64,000 nt of DNA, from contig JAHFLL010000001.1 in assembly GCA_023244895.1 (NCBI GenBank), positions 178,476-242,475 of the forward strand, read 5' to 3'. The notes under the pieces were generated by a model. That model was not told the origin of the DNA. It worked only from the letters and a program-made list of their open reading frames with translations, and ran no database searches. This DNA comes from Candidatus Liptonbacteria bacterium (lineage in GTDB: Bacteria; Patescibacteriota; Minisyncoccia; UBA6257; 2-01-FULL-56-20). Of this stretch, positions 29,448 through 38,217 are shown piece after piece. The position numbers and the translations under genes were made by a program. Every line of letters begins with the position of its first letter. The first letter of the stretch is position 1.

Positions 29448-31214
29448 ATGGGACCGGAGACTCGAAACTGTCAGAATTGCAAAAAAACTTTCACTATCGA
29501 GCCGGACGATTTTGGTTTCTACGAAAAAATGAAGGTTCCTCCGCCGACTTTCTGTCCGGGGTGTCGTCGACAGAGGCGTTTAGCTTGGCGCAATGAGATG
29601 ACTCTCTATTCCAGGCCCTGCGATTTTTGCGGCAAGAGTACTGTTTCGATATATTCTCCTGATTCTGGGCTAACGGTGTATTGTATTAAATGTTGGTGGT
29701 CAGATAACTGGGATCCGATGCGATATGGCCAGGAGTACGATTTCTCAAGACCGTTTTTCGAACAATTTAGAGAGTTGCAACAAAAAGTTCCTATTATAGC
29801 TCTAGCAAATGATGACGGTATAGCCGGGGGAAGCGTAAACTGTGCGTACAATCAGGATTTCGCTCGCGCAAAAGATTGCTATATGGTTTTCTCCGCATGG
29901 AAACTGCAAGATTCTATGTATAGTAATTATGTTCTGGACGGTAGAGGTATGGTGGATTGCATGGGCGTATGGGACGAGTGCGATTCTGTCTACGATGCTG
30001 TATATGCAGAAAGGTGCTATAGCTGCAGAAATGTTTATTATTCTGTAGCATTAACTAATTGCTCTTTCTGCTTAGATTGCAGAGACTCTTCCGATTGTTT
30101 TATGTGCACCGGCTTGAGACACAAGCGTTATTGTTTTAAGAATAAACAATATTCTAAAGAAGAGTACGAGACAATACTGCAATCTTATAAATTAGATACC
30201 TATAGTGGAGCCGAGCGAGCGAGAGAAGAGTTTAAAGAATTACTGTACGTAAAACCTCGTCGCTTCGCGAACCATCGCAACTCCGTCAACTCCACGGGGG
30301 AGTATTTGTCTAACTGCAAAAATGTCCATAACTGTTTTGTAATCCAGCGCGGTGAAGATTGTCGCTACATCGAATCCAGCGATACCCCAAAGGATTCCTA
30401 CGACCTAACTAATAGCGGAGAATTATCTCTAGGTTACGAAGGCGTAACCATAGACAACACCTATAACGGAGCCTTTGGTATTTTTGCCTGGAAGAACCAT
30501 GATTTCTACTATCTGGATGGATGTCATTCCTGCGAAAATCTGTTTGGTTGCGCCGGGCTTAAAAAAGCACGTTATTGTATTTTAAACAAACAATACACCG
30601 AAGAAGAGTATGGAAAGCTAGCCCCAAGAATAATCGAGCATATGAACAAGATGCCTTATGTTGATAAAAATGGCGTGGAGTATCGCTTCGGTGAGTTTTT
30701 CCCATCGGAATTGTCTTATTTCGGCTACAACGAAAGCGTCGCCCAGGATCATTTTCAGCTATCCCGCGAGGATGCCAAAAATAGACATTTCAATTGGAGA
30801 GAAAATTTGCCATTTACCACCAATAGGGAAACTATGTCCCTGAGTGATATGCCGGATTCTATAAAGGACATAGATGATTCTGTACTGGAGCAGGTGTTTG
30901 CTTGTGGAGAGTGTAAGAGAAATTATCGTCTTACGCCTCAGGAATTACAGTTCTATAGAAAATTCAATATTCCATTGCCCCGCCGTTGTTTTTTCTGTCG
31001 CAGACTACTTCGTTTAGAGATAAGGAATCCTCTTAAGCTGTATCATCGTACTTGCCAATGCGCTGGCCATAAAAGTTCCAATGGAATCTATCAGAATACC
31101 GTAGAGCACCAGCATGGCGATAAACCGTGCCCGAACGAATTTGAGACCTCTTATGCTCCCGACCGGCCGGAGATTGTTTACTGTGAAAGTTGTTACAATA
31201 GTGAAATTGTATGA
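29448..31214 (+). CDS. Cys-rich zinc-ribbon repeat protein (uncharacterised family), copy 1
   Basis: Terminal CxxC...CxxCRxQRR zinc-ribbon modules at both ends (N: CQNCKK...CPGCRRQRR; C: CGECKR...CFFCRRLLR). Two internal Cys-ladder repeats each ending RYC(F/I)(K/L)NKQY(S/T)(K/E)EEY. Confidence 0.65.
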   Translation: MGPETRNCQNCKKTFTIEPDDFGFYEKMKVPPPTFCPGCRRQRRLAWRNEMTLYSRPCDFCGKSTVSIYSPDSGLTVYCIKCWWSDNWDPMRYGQEYDFSRPFFEQFRELQQKVPIIALANDDGIAGGSVNCAYNQDFARAKDCYMVFSAWKLQDSMYSNYVLDGRGMVDCMGVWDECDSVYDAVYAERCYSCRNVYYSVALTNCSFCLDCRDSSDCFMCTGLRHKRYCFKNKQYSKEEYETILQSYKLDTYSGAERAREEFKELLYVKPRRFANHRNSVNSTGEYLSNCKNVHNCFVIQRGEDCRYIESSDTPKDSYDLTNSGELSLGYEGVTIDNTYNGAFGIFAWKNHDFYYLDGCHSCENLFGCAGLKKARYCILNKQYTEEEYGKLAPRIIEHMNKMPYVDKNGVEYRFGEFFPSELSYFGYNESVAQDHFQLSREDAKNRHFNWRENLPFTTNRETMSLSDMPDSIKDIDDSVLEQVFACGECKRNYRLTPQELQFYRKFNIPLPRRCFFCRRLLRLEIRNPLKLYHRTCQCAGHKSSNGIYQNTVEHQHGDKPCPNEFETSYAPDRPEIVYCESCYNSEIV

Positions 31215-32941
31215 TAGAGGCTCAAACTAAAGTTTGTCAGAATTGTAAGTCAGAGTTTGTTATTGAACCGGATGATTTTGGTTTTTACAAAAAGATAAAA
31301 GTGCCACCGCCGACCTGGTGTCCGGATTGCCGTCAGCAGAGGCGAATGACTTGGCGGAACGATTACAACTTTTTTATACGTAAATGCGATCTATGCGGAC
31401 AGAGAATCCTTTCGGTTTACTCTTCCGACAAGCCGATGCCGGTATATTGTCCCAAGTGCTGGTGGTCGGATAAATGGGATGCAAAAGAATTTAAAAAAGA
31501 CGTGGACGTCAACAAGCCTTTCTTCCCTCAGCTTAAAACCCTGCTCAATTCCGTGCCGGCTCTAGCTATTTTGAACGACGATGGCATAGCGAGCGTGAAT
31601 TGCCAATACTCCAACTATTTCGCTCTGGGTAAGAATTGCTATATGGTAATAAACTCATGGAAAGTGGAAGAGTGCATGTATTCGGTTTGTCTGGTGGGCG
31701 CAAAAAACACAGTGGACAGCGCAGTCATATTGGCAGGCGGGGAGCATCTGTATCATGCTATAAACGTAGATGCTTCTTCGCGTTGCCGATACGCGTTCAA
31801 CTCTGCGGGACTTTTGGATTGTCTCTACTGCTACGACTGCCGGAACTGTTCTGATTGTTTTATGTCTATCGGGCTGCGAGGCAGAAAATATTATTTTAAA
31901 AATAAACAGTATAGTAAAGAAGAGTACGAAAATATCGTTAAATCTTACTCTTTACAGACTTGGACCGGATCGGAACGTGCCCGCAAAGAGTTTGAAGAAT
32001 TTATTCTTCAATATCCGCGCAAGTGCGCCAATATTATAAACAGCGTAAATTGCAGCGGGGACTACCTGGTTAATTCAAAAAATGCCAAACACTGCTATAT
32101 AACCGTTCGAGTAGAGAACTCTAAATATTTTGAGAGGGGAGATACTATTCGTGATAGTTACGATTGTTTAAGCGGAGGAGAACAAGAATTGTGCTACGAA
32201 TCAATTAATCCGGACAATTCCTACGGCGCGCTATTTACCAGCTATTGCCATAAAGATAATGAGGTTTTGTATAGCGATAGTTGCCAATCGTCAGAACACC
32301 TTTTGGGTTGCGTGGGACTGAAAAGCTCCAAATATTGCATTCTGAATAAACAATATACGAAAGAAGAATATGAAAAAATAACCGCGCAACTAATAGAAAA
32401 GATGAAAGAGCGGGGCGAGTATGGAGAATTCATGCCGGCAAGTCTTTCGCCTTTTTGCTATAACGAGTCAGTTGCGCAAGATGAATATCCGCTTACTAAA
32501 GAGATGGTTATGTTTCGGGGATTGAGCTGGCAGGAGAGTTTTACGAAAACCGAAGGCAGGGAAGACGTGTCCGAAATACCGGACGACATAAATGAAGTTT
32601 CCGCGGATATTATTGATAAAACTTTAGCTTGTTTTGTCTGTAAGCGTAATTATCGCATCATAGAGGGCGAATTGAGATTCTATAGGCAGAATCAGGTTCC
32701 GGTTCCCCGCGTTTGTTTTTTCTGTAGATTCGCCAAGCTATATAAAGAGCGCGGTCCGGTTCATTTATGGAACCGCGTCTGTCAATGCTCTGGCCAGACC
32801 AGCTCTAACGGCGCATACGAAAACACCACTTCCCATGCCCATGGCGAGAATCCCTGCCTCGCGGGATTCGAGACTTCCTACGCCCCCGACCGACCCGAAA
32901 TCGTCTATTGTGAGGCTTGCTACAATTCCGAAATCGTATAG
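31211..32941 (+). CDS. Cys-rich zinc-ribbon repeat protein, tandem paralog (copy 2)
   Basis: Same architecture as copy 1. Starts with an ATGA overlap to the upstream stop (translational coupling). C-terminal ...ETSYAPDRPEIVYCE(S/A)CYNSEIV is identical in both. Confidence 0.65.
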   Translation: MIEAQTKVCQNCKSEFVIEPDDFGFYKKIKVPPPTWCPDCRQQRRMTWRNDYNFFIRKCDLCGQRILSVYSSDKPMPVYCPKCWWSDKWDAKEFKKDVDVNKPFFPQLKTLLNSVPALAILNDDGIASVNCQYSNYFALGKNCYMVINSWKVEECMYSVCLVGAKNTVDSAVILAGGEHLYHAINVDASSRCRYAFNSAGLLDCLYCYDCRNCSDCFMSIGLRGRKYYFKNKQYSKEEYENIVKSYSLQTWTGSERARKEFEEFILQYPRKCANIINSVNCSGDYLVNSKNAKHCYITVRVENSKYFERGDTIRDSYDCLSGGEQELCYESINPDNSYGALFTSYCHKDNEVLYSDSCQSSEHLLGCVGLKSSKYCILNKQYTKEEYEKITAQLIEKMKERGEYGEFMPASLSPFCYNESVAQDEYPLTKEMVMFRGLSWQESFTKTEGREDVSEIPDDINEVSADIIDKTLACFVCKRNYRIIEGELRFYRQNQVPVPRVCFFCRFAKLYKERGPVHLWNRVCQCSGQTSSNGAYENTTSHAHGENPCLAGFETSYAPDRPEIVYCEACYNSEIV

Positions 32942-32984
32942 AATTTCCATTACTTACTACTTTCTACCTACTATTTACTAATCT

Positions 32985-33848
32985 ATGCCCTTCATCGACT
33001 GCCATACTCACGTCCAATTTGCCGCCTTTAAGGATGACCGCAAAGAGGTTGTTGCCCGCGCCCTGAGAGACGATATTTTTATGGTCAATGTGGGCACCCA
33101 ACAGGACACCTCTCAAAAGGCGGTAGAGCTGGCGCATGAATATGAAAGCGGACTTTATGCCGTAATCGGCTTACATCCCATACATACTGGTAAGTCCTAT
33201 CACGACGATCAGGAGTTGGGAGGAGGCGAGGCCGCGGTTGGGTTTACCAGCCGAGGAGAGGTTTTTGATTACGGATATTATAAAAAGTTAGCTCTGGATC
33301 CTAAAACCGTGGGCATTGGCGAGTGCGGTTTGGATTATTATCATGGAACAGGGAACATGGAGCATGGAACATTGGGGGTGGAAGAGAAAAATAAGCAAGA
33401 AGAAGTTTTCAGGCGTCAGATTGAGCTGGCAAACGAAACCGGCAGGGCCTTGATGGTCCACTCCAGAGATGCCTTTTCGGACACCTTACGGATACTTAAA
33501 TCTGCTGGAGCGCATGATGGAATTGCGCATTCTTTCGTGAGAACCATAGACGAAGCGAAAGAGCTTCTGGACTTGGGGTTCTATTTCACATTCGCGGGAA
33601 ATATCACCTTTAAGCCCAAGGCAGATAAGATTTCCGCGGACGAAGTTATTAAGTATATTCCAGCAGACAGATTGCTTAGCGAAACAGATGCCCCCTACCT
33701 TGCGCCGGTTCCATTCAGGGGCAGGCGGAATGAGCCGCTATATGTAGTCGAAGTGGTCAAAAAGCTGGCAGACCTGAAGGGTCTATCGGTAGGGGAGATG
33801 AAGGAGCAAATCTGGCAAAACGCGCAGAGAGTGTTTAAAATAAGCTAA
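32985..33848 (+). CDS. tatD: TatD-family metal-dependent hydrolase (DNase)
   Basis: FIDCHTHV N-terminal motif, GECGLDYY, HSRDA. Confidence 0.8.
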   Translation: MPFIDCHTHVQFAAFKDDRKEVVARALRDDIFMVNVGTQQDTSQKAVELAHEYESGLYAVIGLHPIHTGKSYHDDQELGGGEAAVGFTSRGEVFDYGYYKKLALDPKTVGIGECGLDYYHGTGNMEHGTLGVEEKNKQEEVFRRQIELANETGRALMVHSRDAFSDTLRILKSAGAHDGIAHSFVRTIDEAKELLDLGFYFTFAGNITFKPKADKISADEVIKYIPADRLLSETDAPYLAPVPFRGRRNEPLYVVEVVKKLADLKGLSVGEMKEQIWQNAQRVFKIS

Positions 33849-33850
33849 CT

Positions 33851-34519
33851 ATGAAAGCCGTCATTTTGGCCGCGGGGCTTGGAACTAGGATGGGTAAGCT
33901 TACGGAGGACACTCCCAAGCCGCTACTTAAGGTTGGCGGGAAAACTCTTCTGGAGCACAAATTTCATTATCTGCCGGACGAAGTAGATGAGGTAATTGTT
34001 GTGGTTGGATATTTGAAAGAAAAGATAAAGGAGCTTTTGGGTAATGAGCATGCCGGCCGCAAGATAACCTATGTAGAGCAAAAAGAACTACTTGGCACCG
34101 GACACGCATTGTCTTTATGTAAGGGTTTTTTGCAGGGAAAATTCTTAGTTCTAAACGGAGACGATTTATATGCTAAAGAAGATCTTTTAGAGATGTTGAA
34201 GCACGAATTGTCCCTGATGGTCTGGGAGATGCCCGCAGATGAGCCAGGACGCAAGGTGGCGGATGTAAAAATAGCGCCAAGCGGCGCGCTCTTAGATATT
34301 GTGGAAGGACAACCGGCTAAGAAGGGGACGCTTTTCAATACGGGCGCGTATGTGCTGGACGAAAGGTATTTCGATTACCCGCTCCAGCCGGCGGCCCCAG
34401 GCAGAAATGAATTCGGGCTCCCGCAGACCATGCTTCAAATGCTAAAAGACGGCCACGAGATAAGCATCGTGCGAGCCACCTGGTGGAAGCCGATTACCTG
34501 CCCAGAGGACCTCGCTTAA
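33851..34519 (+). CDS. Sugar-phosphate nucleotidyltransferase
   Basis: MKAVILAAGLGTRMG...PKPLL N-terminal NTP-transferase signature. Confidence 0.7.
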   Translation: MKAVILAAGLGTRMGKLTEDTPKPLLKVGGKTLLEHKFHYLPDEVDEVIVVVGYLKEKIKELLGNEHAGRKITYVEQKELLGTGHALSLCKGFLQGKFLVLNGDDLYAKEDLLEMLKHELSLMVWEMPADEPGRKVADVKIAPSGALLDIVEGQPAKKGTLFNTGAYVLDERYFDYPLQPAAPGRNEFGLPQTMLQMLKDGHEISIVRATWWKPITCPEDLA

Positions 34520-35072
34520 CCTTGGACAATTTGTAGTGTTTTATAATTTTCTCCGCTGTTTTCTTGGGGCTTAGCTTGGTGTTGTCTATGACCAGGCTTT
34601 CTCCAAATGGAATGACGCTGACAAAGTCCTTTTCTCTCATAATAGATTTAAGCGTGTTTATTTTTTTAAGTTTACGATACGCCTGCCGAGAAGGATTCTT
34701 AACGCGTTTATATAGCTCCGCATCTTTACAGTGGAGTTTAATAAAAAGCACTTCTGCGCCGTGTTTTCTGGCCCCACTAAGAAGCTTGCGAACAATTGGG
34801 TCGTCTTCTTTTGCGTAATACACAAATGTAAATATGCAATTAACTTTTTCTCTAGCCGCGATAGTTAGGAGTTCTTGTCTATATTTTCTGACTAAATGGT
34901 GAAAAATTTCCTGATCTCTATTAAAAAGAGAGTGAATCAAGTCTACTGTCAGATGGTTGTGAAACAGCTTAAATCCGGTCAGCTTAGCCAGCTCCTTTGC
35001 GACCGTAAGCTTGCCGACGCCGGGCGGGCCATATATGAAAACTAATTTAGGATTTGCCTTGGATGTTCGCAC
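34494..35072 (-). CDS. P-loop NTPase / AAA-type kinase-like ATP-binding protein
   Basis: Walker A FIYGPPGVGKLTVAKELA. 26-nt convergent overlap with the preceding gene. Confidence 0.55.
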   Translation of the reverse strand: MRTSKANPKLVFIYGPPGVGKLTVAKELAKLTGFKLFHNHLTVDLIHSLFNRDQEIFHHLVRKYRQELLTIAAREKVNCIFTFVYYAKEDDPIVRKLLSGARKHGAEVLFIKLHCKDAELYKRVKNPSRQAYRKLKKINTLKSIMREKDFVSVIPFGESLVIDNTKLSPKKTAEKIIKHYKLSKVKRGPLGR

Positions 35073-35109
35073 GATATAATATGGTTATTATACTCTTTAT
35101 AGCTTAGAG

Positions 35110-38100
35110 ATGAAAAAATACGACTTTAAAAAAATTGAAGCCAAGTGGCAGAAGGTCTGGCAGGAGAAGGGTGTTTACGAACCTGCCTTAAAGTCCTCCA
35201 AGGGCAAAAATCCTCCCTTCTATAACTTGATGATGTTTCCGTATCCTTCCGCGGAGGGTCTGCATGTAGGCAATATGTATGCCTTCACGGGTACGGATAT
35301 CTACGGACGTTATAAGCGTATGCAGGGCAACGATGTTTTTGAGCCGATTGGCCTAGACGGCTTCGGAATTCACTCCGAGAACTATGCCATGAAAATCGGG
35401 GCTCACCCCATGAAGCAGGCTAAAGTATCGGAGAAAAGGTTCTATAAGCAGCTGCAGGCAATAGGAAACGGGTTTGCCTGGAACGAGCGCCTGGAAACAT
35501 ATGATCCGGAATATTACCGCTGGACGCAGTGGATTTTCGCGCAGATGTTTAAGGCGGGGTTGGCTTATCGCAAGAAGCAGGCTGTGAACTGGTGTCCATC
35601 CTGCATGACGGTTTTGTCCGACGAGCAGGCCGAGGGCGGAAAGTGCGAACGTTGCAACTCGGTAGTTATTAAAAAAGATTTAGAGCAGTGGTTTTTTAAA
35701 ATTACGGAATACGCGGAAAGACTTTTGCAGAATCTGGACAAGTTGGATTGGTCCGAAAAGGTAAAAATAGCGCAGAAGAATTGGATAGGGAAGTCGGAGG
35801 GGGCGGAGCTGGAATTTGGAATTAAGAATTATGAATTAGGAATCAAAAATGCCCTGGTTATTCATGGTGTGAGTGGGCATAAGAGGGAAAATTGGTTTCC
35901 GTGGCTGAAAGATATTTTAGAGAAAGACGGTTGGCATGTTAGCGTGCCCACTCTACCGACCCCCGATCATCCCAAAATAGAAGAATGGAATATGGTCCTA
36001 AAGAAAGAGTCTACATCCGCCTCTGTTTTAATCGGCCACAGTTTGGGAGCTCCAGCCGCTTTAAACCTTATTCAGACCAGCAATAAAAAGATAGACAGAT
36101 TAATCTTGGTAGCTCCGGTCAATCCTAAACAGGATTGGAGATATTTAAAGTCGGTCTATCCTCAAGCTGATTGGGATGCGGTCAAAAACTTCGCGGATAT
36201 TAAGTTCGATTGGGAAAAAATTACAAAATTAGTCAGACAGGTTGTGGTCTATTATTCCGACAATGACCCATATGTTTCTGCTAAATCGGTGGAGTTCTAT
36301 AAGCAGCATCTACCGAACGCTATTTTTAGGTTCTTGCCCGGCAAGGGCCATTTTAATGAGCGTTATGGGATAACCGAATTTCCGGAAATCCTGGAAGCGG
36401 TTAACCCCAAGGTAAAAGTTTTTACAACCAGGCCGGATACGCTTTTTGGCGCGACTTATGTCGTCTTGGCGCCGGAACACCCATTGATACAGAATCTAGA
36501 AGGTGGAATTAAGAATGTAGTAGAAGTTAAGAACTATATTAAGAAATCTAAGGCTAAGACTGATGAGGAGAGAATAGAGAACAAAGAGAAAACTGGCGTA
36601 GAACTAAGGGGCGTTAAAGCTATAAATCCTGCGACCCAAGGAGAGATATCCATTTGGGTAGCAGATTATGTTTTGTCTTCCTACGGCACAGGTGCAATTA
36701 TGGCCGTCCCGGCACACGATGAGCGCGACCACGAGTTTGCTAGCAAGTACAAACTTCCAATCGTAGAGGTGGTTGATTCTCAAGATAACTCCGACGGCAC
36801 CCTTTGGCTTGGAGGAGGACGCTTAATAAATTCTGGAAGATTTAACGGAGTGGATTCAGAAGAGGCCAAGTGGAAAATAACGGCAGAGGTTGGTGGCAAG
36901 AAAAAGATACAATATCGTCTGCGAGACTGGCTGATTTCGCGTCAGCGCTATTGGGGTCCGCCCATCCCGATGATTCATTGCGAAGGTTGCGAAAAAGCCG
37001 GGAAGGGGGAGCGCAAAGAAATGCCGGGCTGGTACGCGGTGCCCGACAAAGACCTGCCGGTGAAGCTGCCGTTCGTAAAAGATTTTCGTCCGCAAGGCTC
37101 TGGCAGTTCGCCACTCGCGGCATCTAAGGCATTCCGCGATGTGCGCTGTCCGGTCTGTAAAAATAAAGCCAAGCGGGAGACAGACGTTTCGGACACTTTT
37201 TTGGACTCGGCCTGGTACTATTTGCGCTATCCATCCTTAAGCTCCAAGACTGCCAAGGCTAAAGCCTGGGACCCGGAGATAACCAAGAGCTGGTGTCCGG
37301 TTGATATGTATATCGGCGGGGCGGAGCACTCCGTGTTGCACCTGCTATACGTACGCTTTTTGGCCCTAGCCTTACACGACCTGAAACTAGTCAATTTTGG
37401 AGACTCTAAGGCCCCTAAAGGCGAGCCATTCCCCAAATTCCGCGCCCACGGCCTTCTTATTAAGGAGGGAGCTAAAATGTCCAAGTCTAAGGGGAATGTG
37501 GTCAATCCGGACGAATATATCAAGAATTTTGGAGCGGACACCCTGCGCATGTATTTGATGTTTTTAGCTCCCTTTGAACAGGGTGGAGACTTCCGGGACG
37601 CGGGCGTTATGGGTATCAGCCGCTTTTTGGAGAGGGTGTATAAATTTAGTCAAAGAATTAGCGACCCGAATACTACAAATTACATCCGAATTATCCGAAA
37701 AGAGAGAAAGAATTCGGAGCATTCGGATGTATTCGTGGATTTGGATCGCATACTGCATCAGACCATTAAGAAGGTTTCGGATGATCTGGAGAGTTTGAGC
37801 TACAACACGGCCATAAGCGCCATGATGATATTGCTAAATAAGTTCGAGGAAAAGGCAGAGTCAGTCTCGCTACCAAATTGGATAGACTTCTTGAAACTGC
37901 TTGCTCCATTTGCTCCACATCTTTCCGAGGAACTGTTCCAGTCAGCCAAAAAACATAATTCTCAATTCATAATTCGTAATTCAATCCATCTATCCGATTG
38001 GCCCCAATATAACCCAGAGCTTGCCCGGGAATCCAATTTTACTTTGATAGTTCAAATTAACGGCAAGGTGCGTGCGAGCATTGAGGCTCCGATTGGGATA

Positions 38101-38217
38101 TCAGAGAAGAACGCTCTGGCGCTTGCCCTCCGAAATGAGCGCGTGAAAGAACTTGTGTCCGGCGATCCGAAGAGGGTGATATTTATTCCTAATCGTCTGA
38201 TTAACCTGGTAATCTAA
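35110..38217 (+). CDS. leuS: Leucine--tRNA ligase carrying two insertions (alpha/beta-hydrolase domain; in-frame palindromic repeat)
   Basis: HVGNMYAFTGTDIY (HIGH-type), TTRPDTLFGATYVVLAPEHP and AVPAHDERD editing-domain motifs, KMSKSKGN. About 1035 aa versus about 800-860 typical. Confidence 0.9.
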   Translation: MKKYDFKKIEAKWQKVWQEKGVYEPALKSSKGKNPPFYNLMMFPYPSAEGLHVGNMYAFTGTDIYGRYKRMQGNDVFEPIGLDGFGIHSENYAMKIGAHPMKQAKVSEKRFYKQLQAIGNGFAWNERLETYDPEYYRWTQWIFAQMFKAGLAYRKKQAVNWCPSCMTVLSDEQAEGGKCERCNSVVIKKDLEQWFFKITEYAERLLQNLDKLDWSEKVKIAQKNWIGKSEGAELEFGIKNYELGIKNALVIHGVSGHKRENWFPWLKDILEKDGWHVSVPTLPTPDHPKIEEWNMVLKKESTSASVLIGHSLGAPAALNLIQTSNKKIDRLILVAPVNPKQDWRYLKSVYPQADWDAVKNFADIKFDWEKITKLVRQVVVYYSDNDPYVSAKSVEFYKQHLPNAIFRFLPGKGHFNERYGITEFPEILEAVNPKVKVFTTRPDTLFGATYVVLAPEHPLIQNLEGGIKNVVEVKNYIKKSKAKTDEERIENKEKTGVELRGVKAINPATQGEISIWVADYVLSSYGTGAIMAVPAHDERDHEFASKYKLPIVEVVDSQDNSDGTLWLGGGRLINSGRFNGVDSEEAKWKITAEVGGKKKIQYRLRDWLISRQRYWGPPIPMIHCEGCEKAGKGERKEMPGWYAVPDKDLPVKLPFVKDFRPQGSGSSPLAASKAFRDVRCPVCKNKAKRETDVSDTFLDSAWYYLRYPSLSSKTAKAKAWDPEITKSWCPVDMYIGGAEHSVLHLLYVRFLALALHDLKLVNFGDSKAPKGEPFPKFRAHGLLIKEGAKMSKSKGNVVNPDEYIKNFGADTLRMYLMFLAPFEQGGDFRDAGVMGISRFLERVYKFSQRISDPNTTNYIRIIRKERKNSEHSDVFVDLDRILHQTIKKVSDDLESLSYNTAISAMMILLNKFEEKAESVSLPNWIDFLKLLAPFAPHLSEELFQSAKKHNSQFIIRNSIHLSDWPQYNPELARESNFTLIVQINGKVRASIEAPIGISEKNALALALRNERVKELVSGDPKRVIFIPNRLINLVI
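35818..36414 (+). other. Inserted YdeN/RBBP9-type serine hydrolase domain within leuS (residues about 237-435)
   Basis: LVIHGVSGHKRENWFPW...LIGHSLGAPAAL (GxSxG nucleophile elbow)...YYSDNDPYV...GKGHFN (Asp/His). Inserted between the conserved ...SEGAELEF and VKVFTTRPDT LeuS blocks, which are normally only a few residues apart. Confidence 0.65.
37660..37751. repeat. MITE-like palindromic element (ORF-less derivative of the 1773-2223 element) inserted in-frame in leuS
   Basis: agcgacccgaat...catccgaat...attcggagcattcggatgtattcgtggatttggatcgc matches both ends of the 1773-2223 element. Translated as SDPNTTNYIRIIRKERKNSEHSDVFVD in the LeuS frame. Confidence 0.6.

Noticed and set aside
35818-36414. 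Intein or group-II-intron-encoded insertion in leuS
   Set aside because: No Cys/Ser at the N-terminal junction, no HN-(C/S/T) C-terminal junction and no endonuclease or Hint blocks. The segment has an alpha/beta-hydrolase catalytic triad instead.
36842-37196. Several 70-95-aa ORFs on both strands inside leuS
   Set aside because: Embedded in a well-supported conserved gene; GC-rich local composition generates them.
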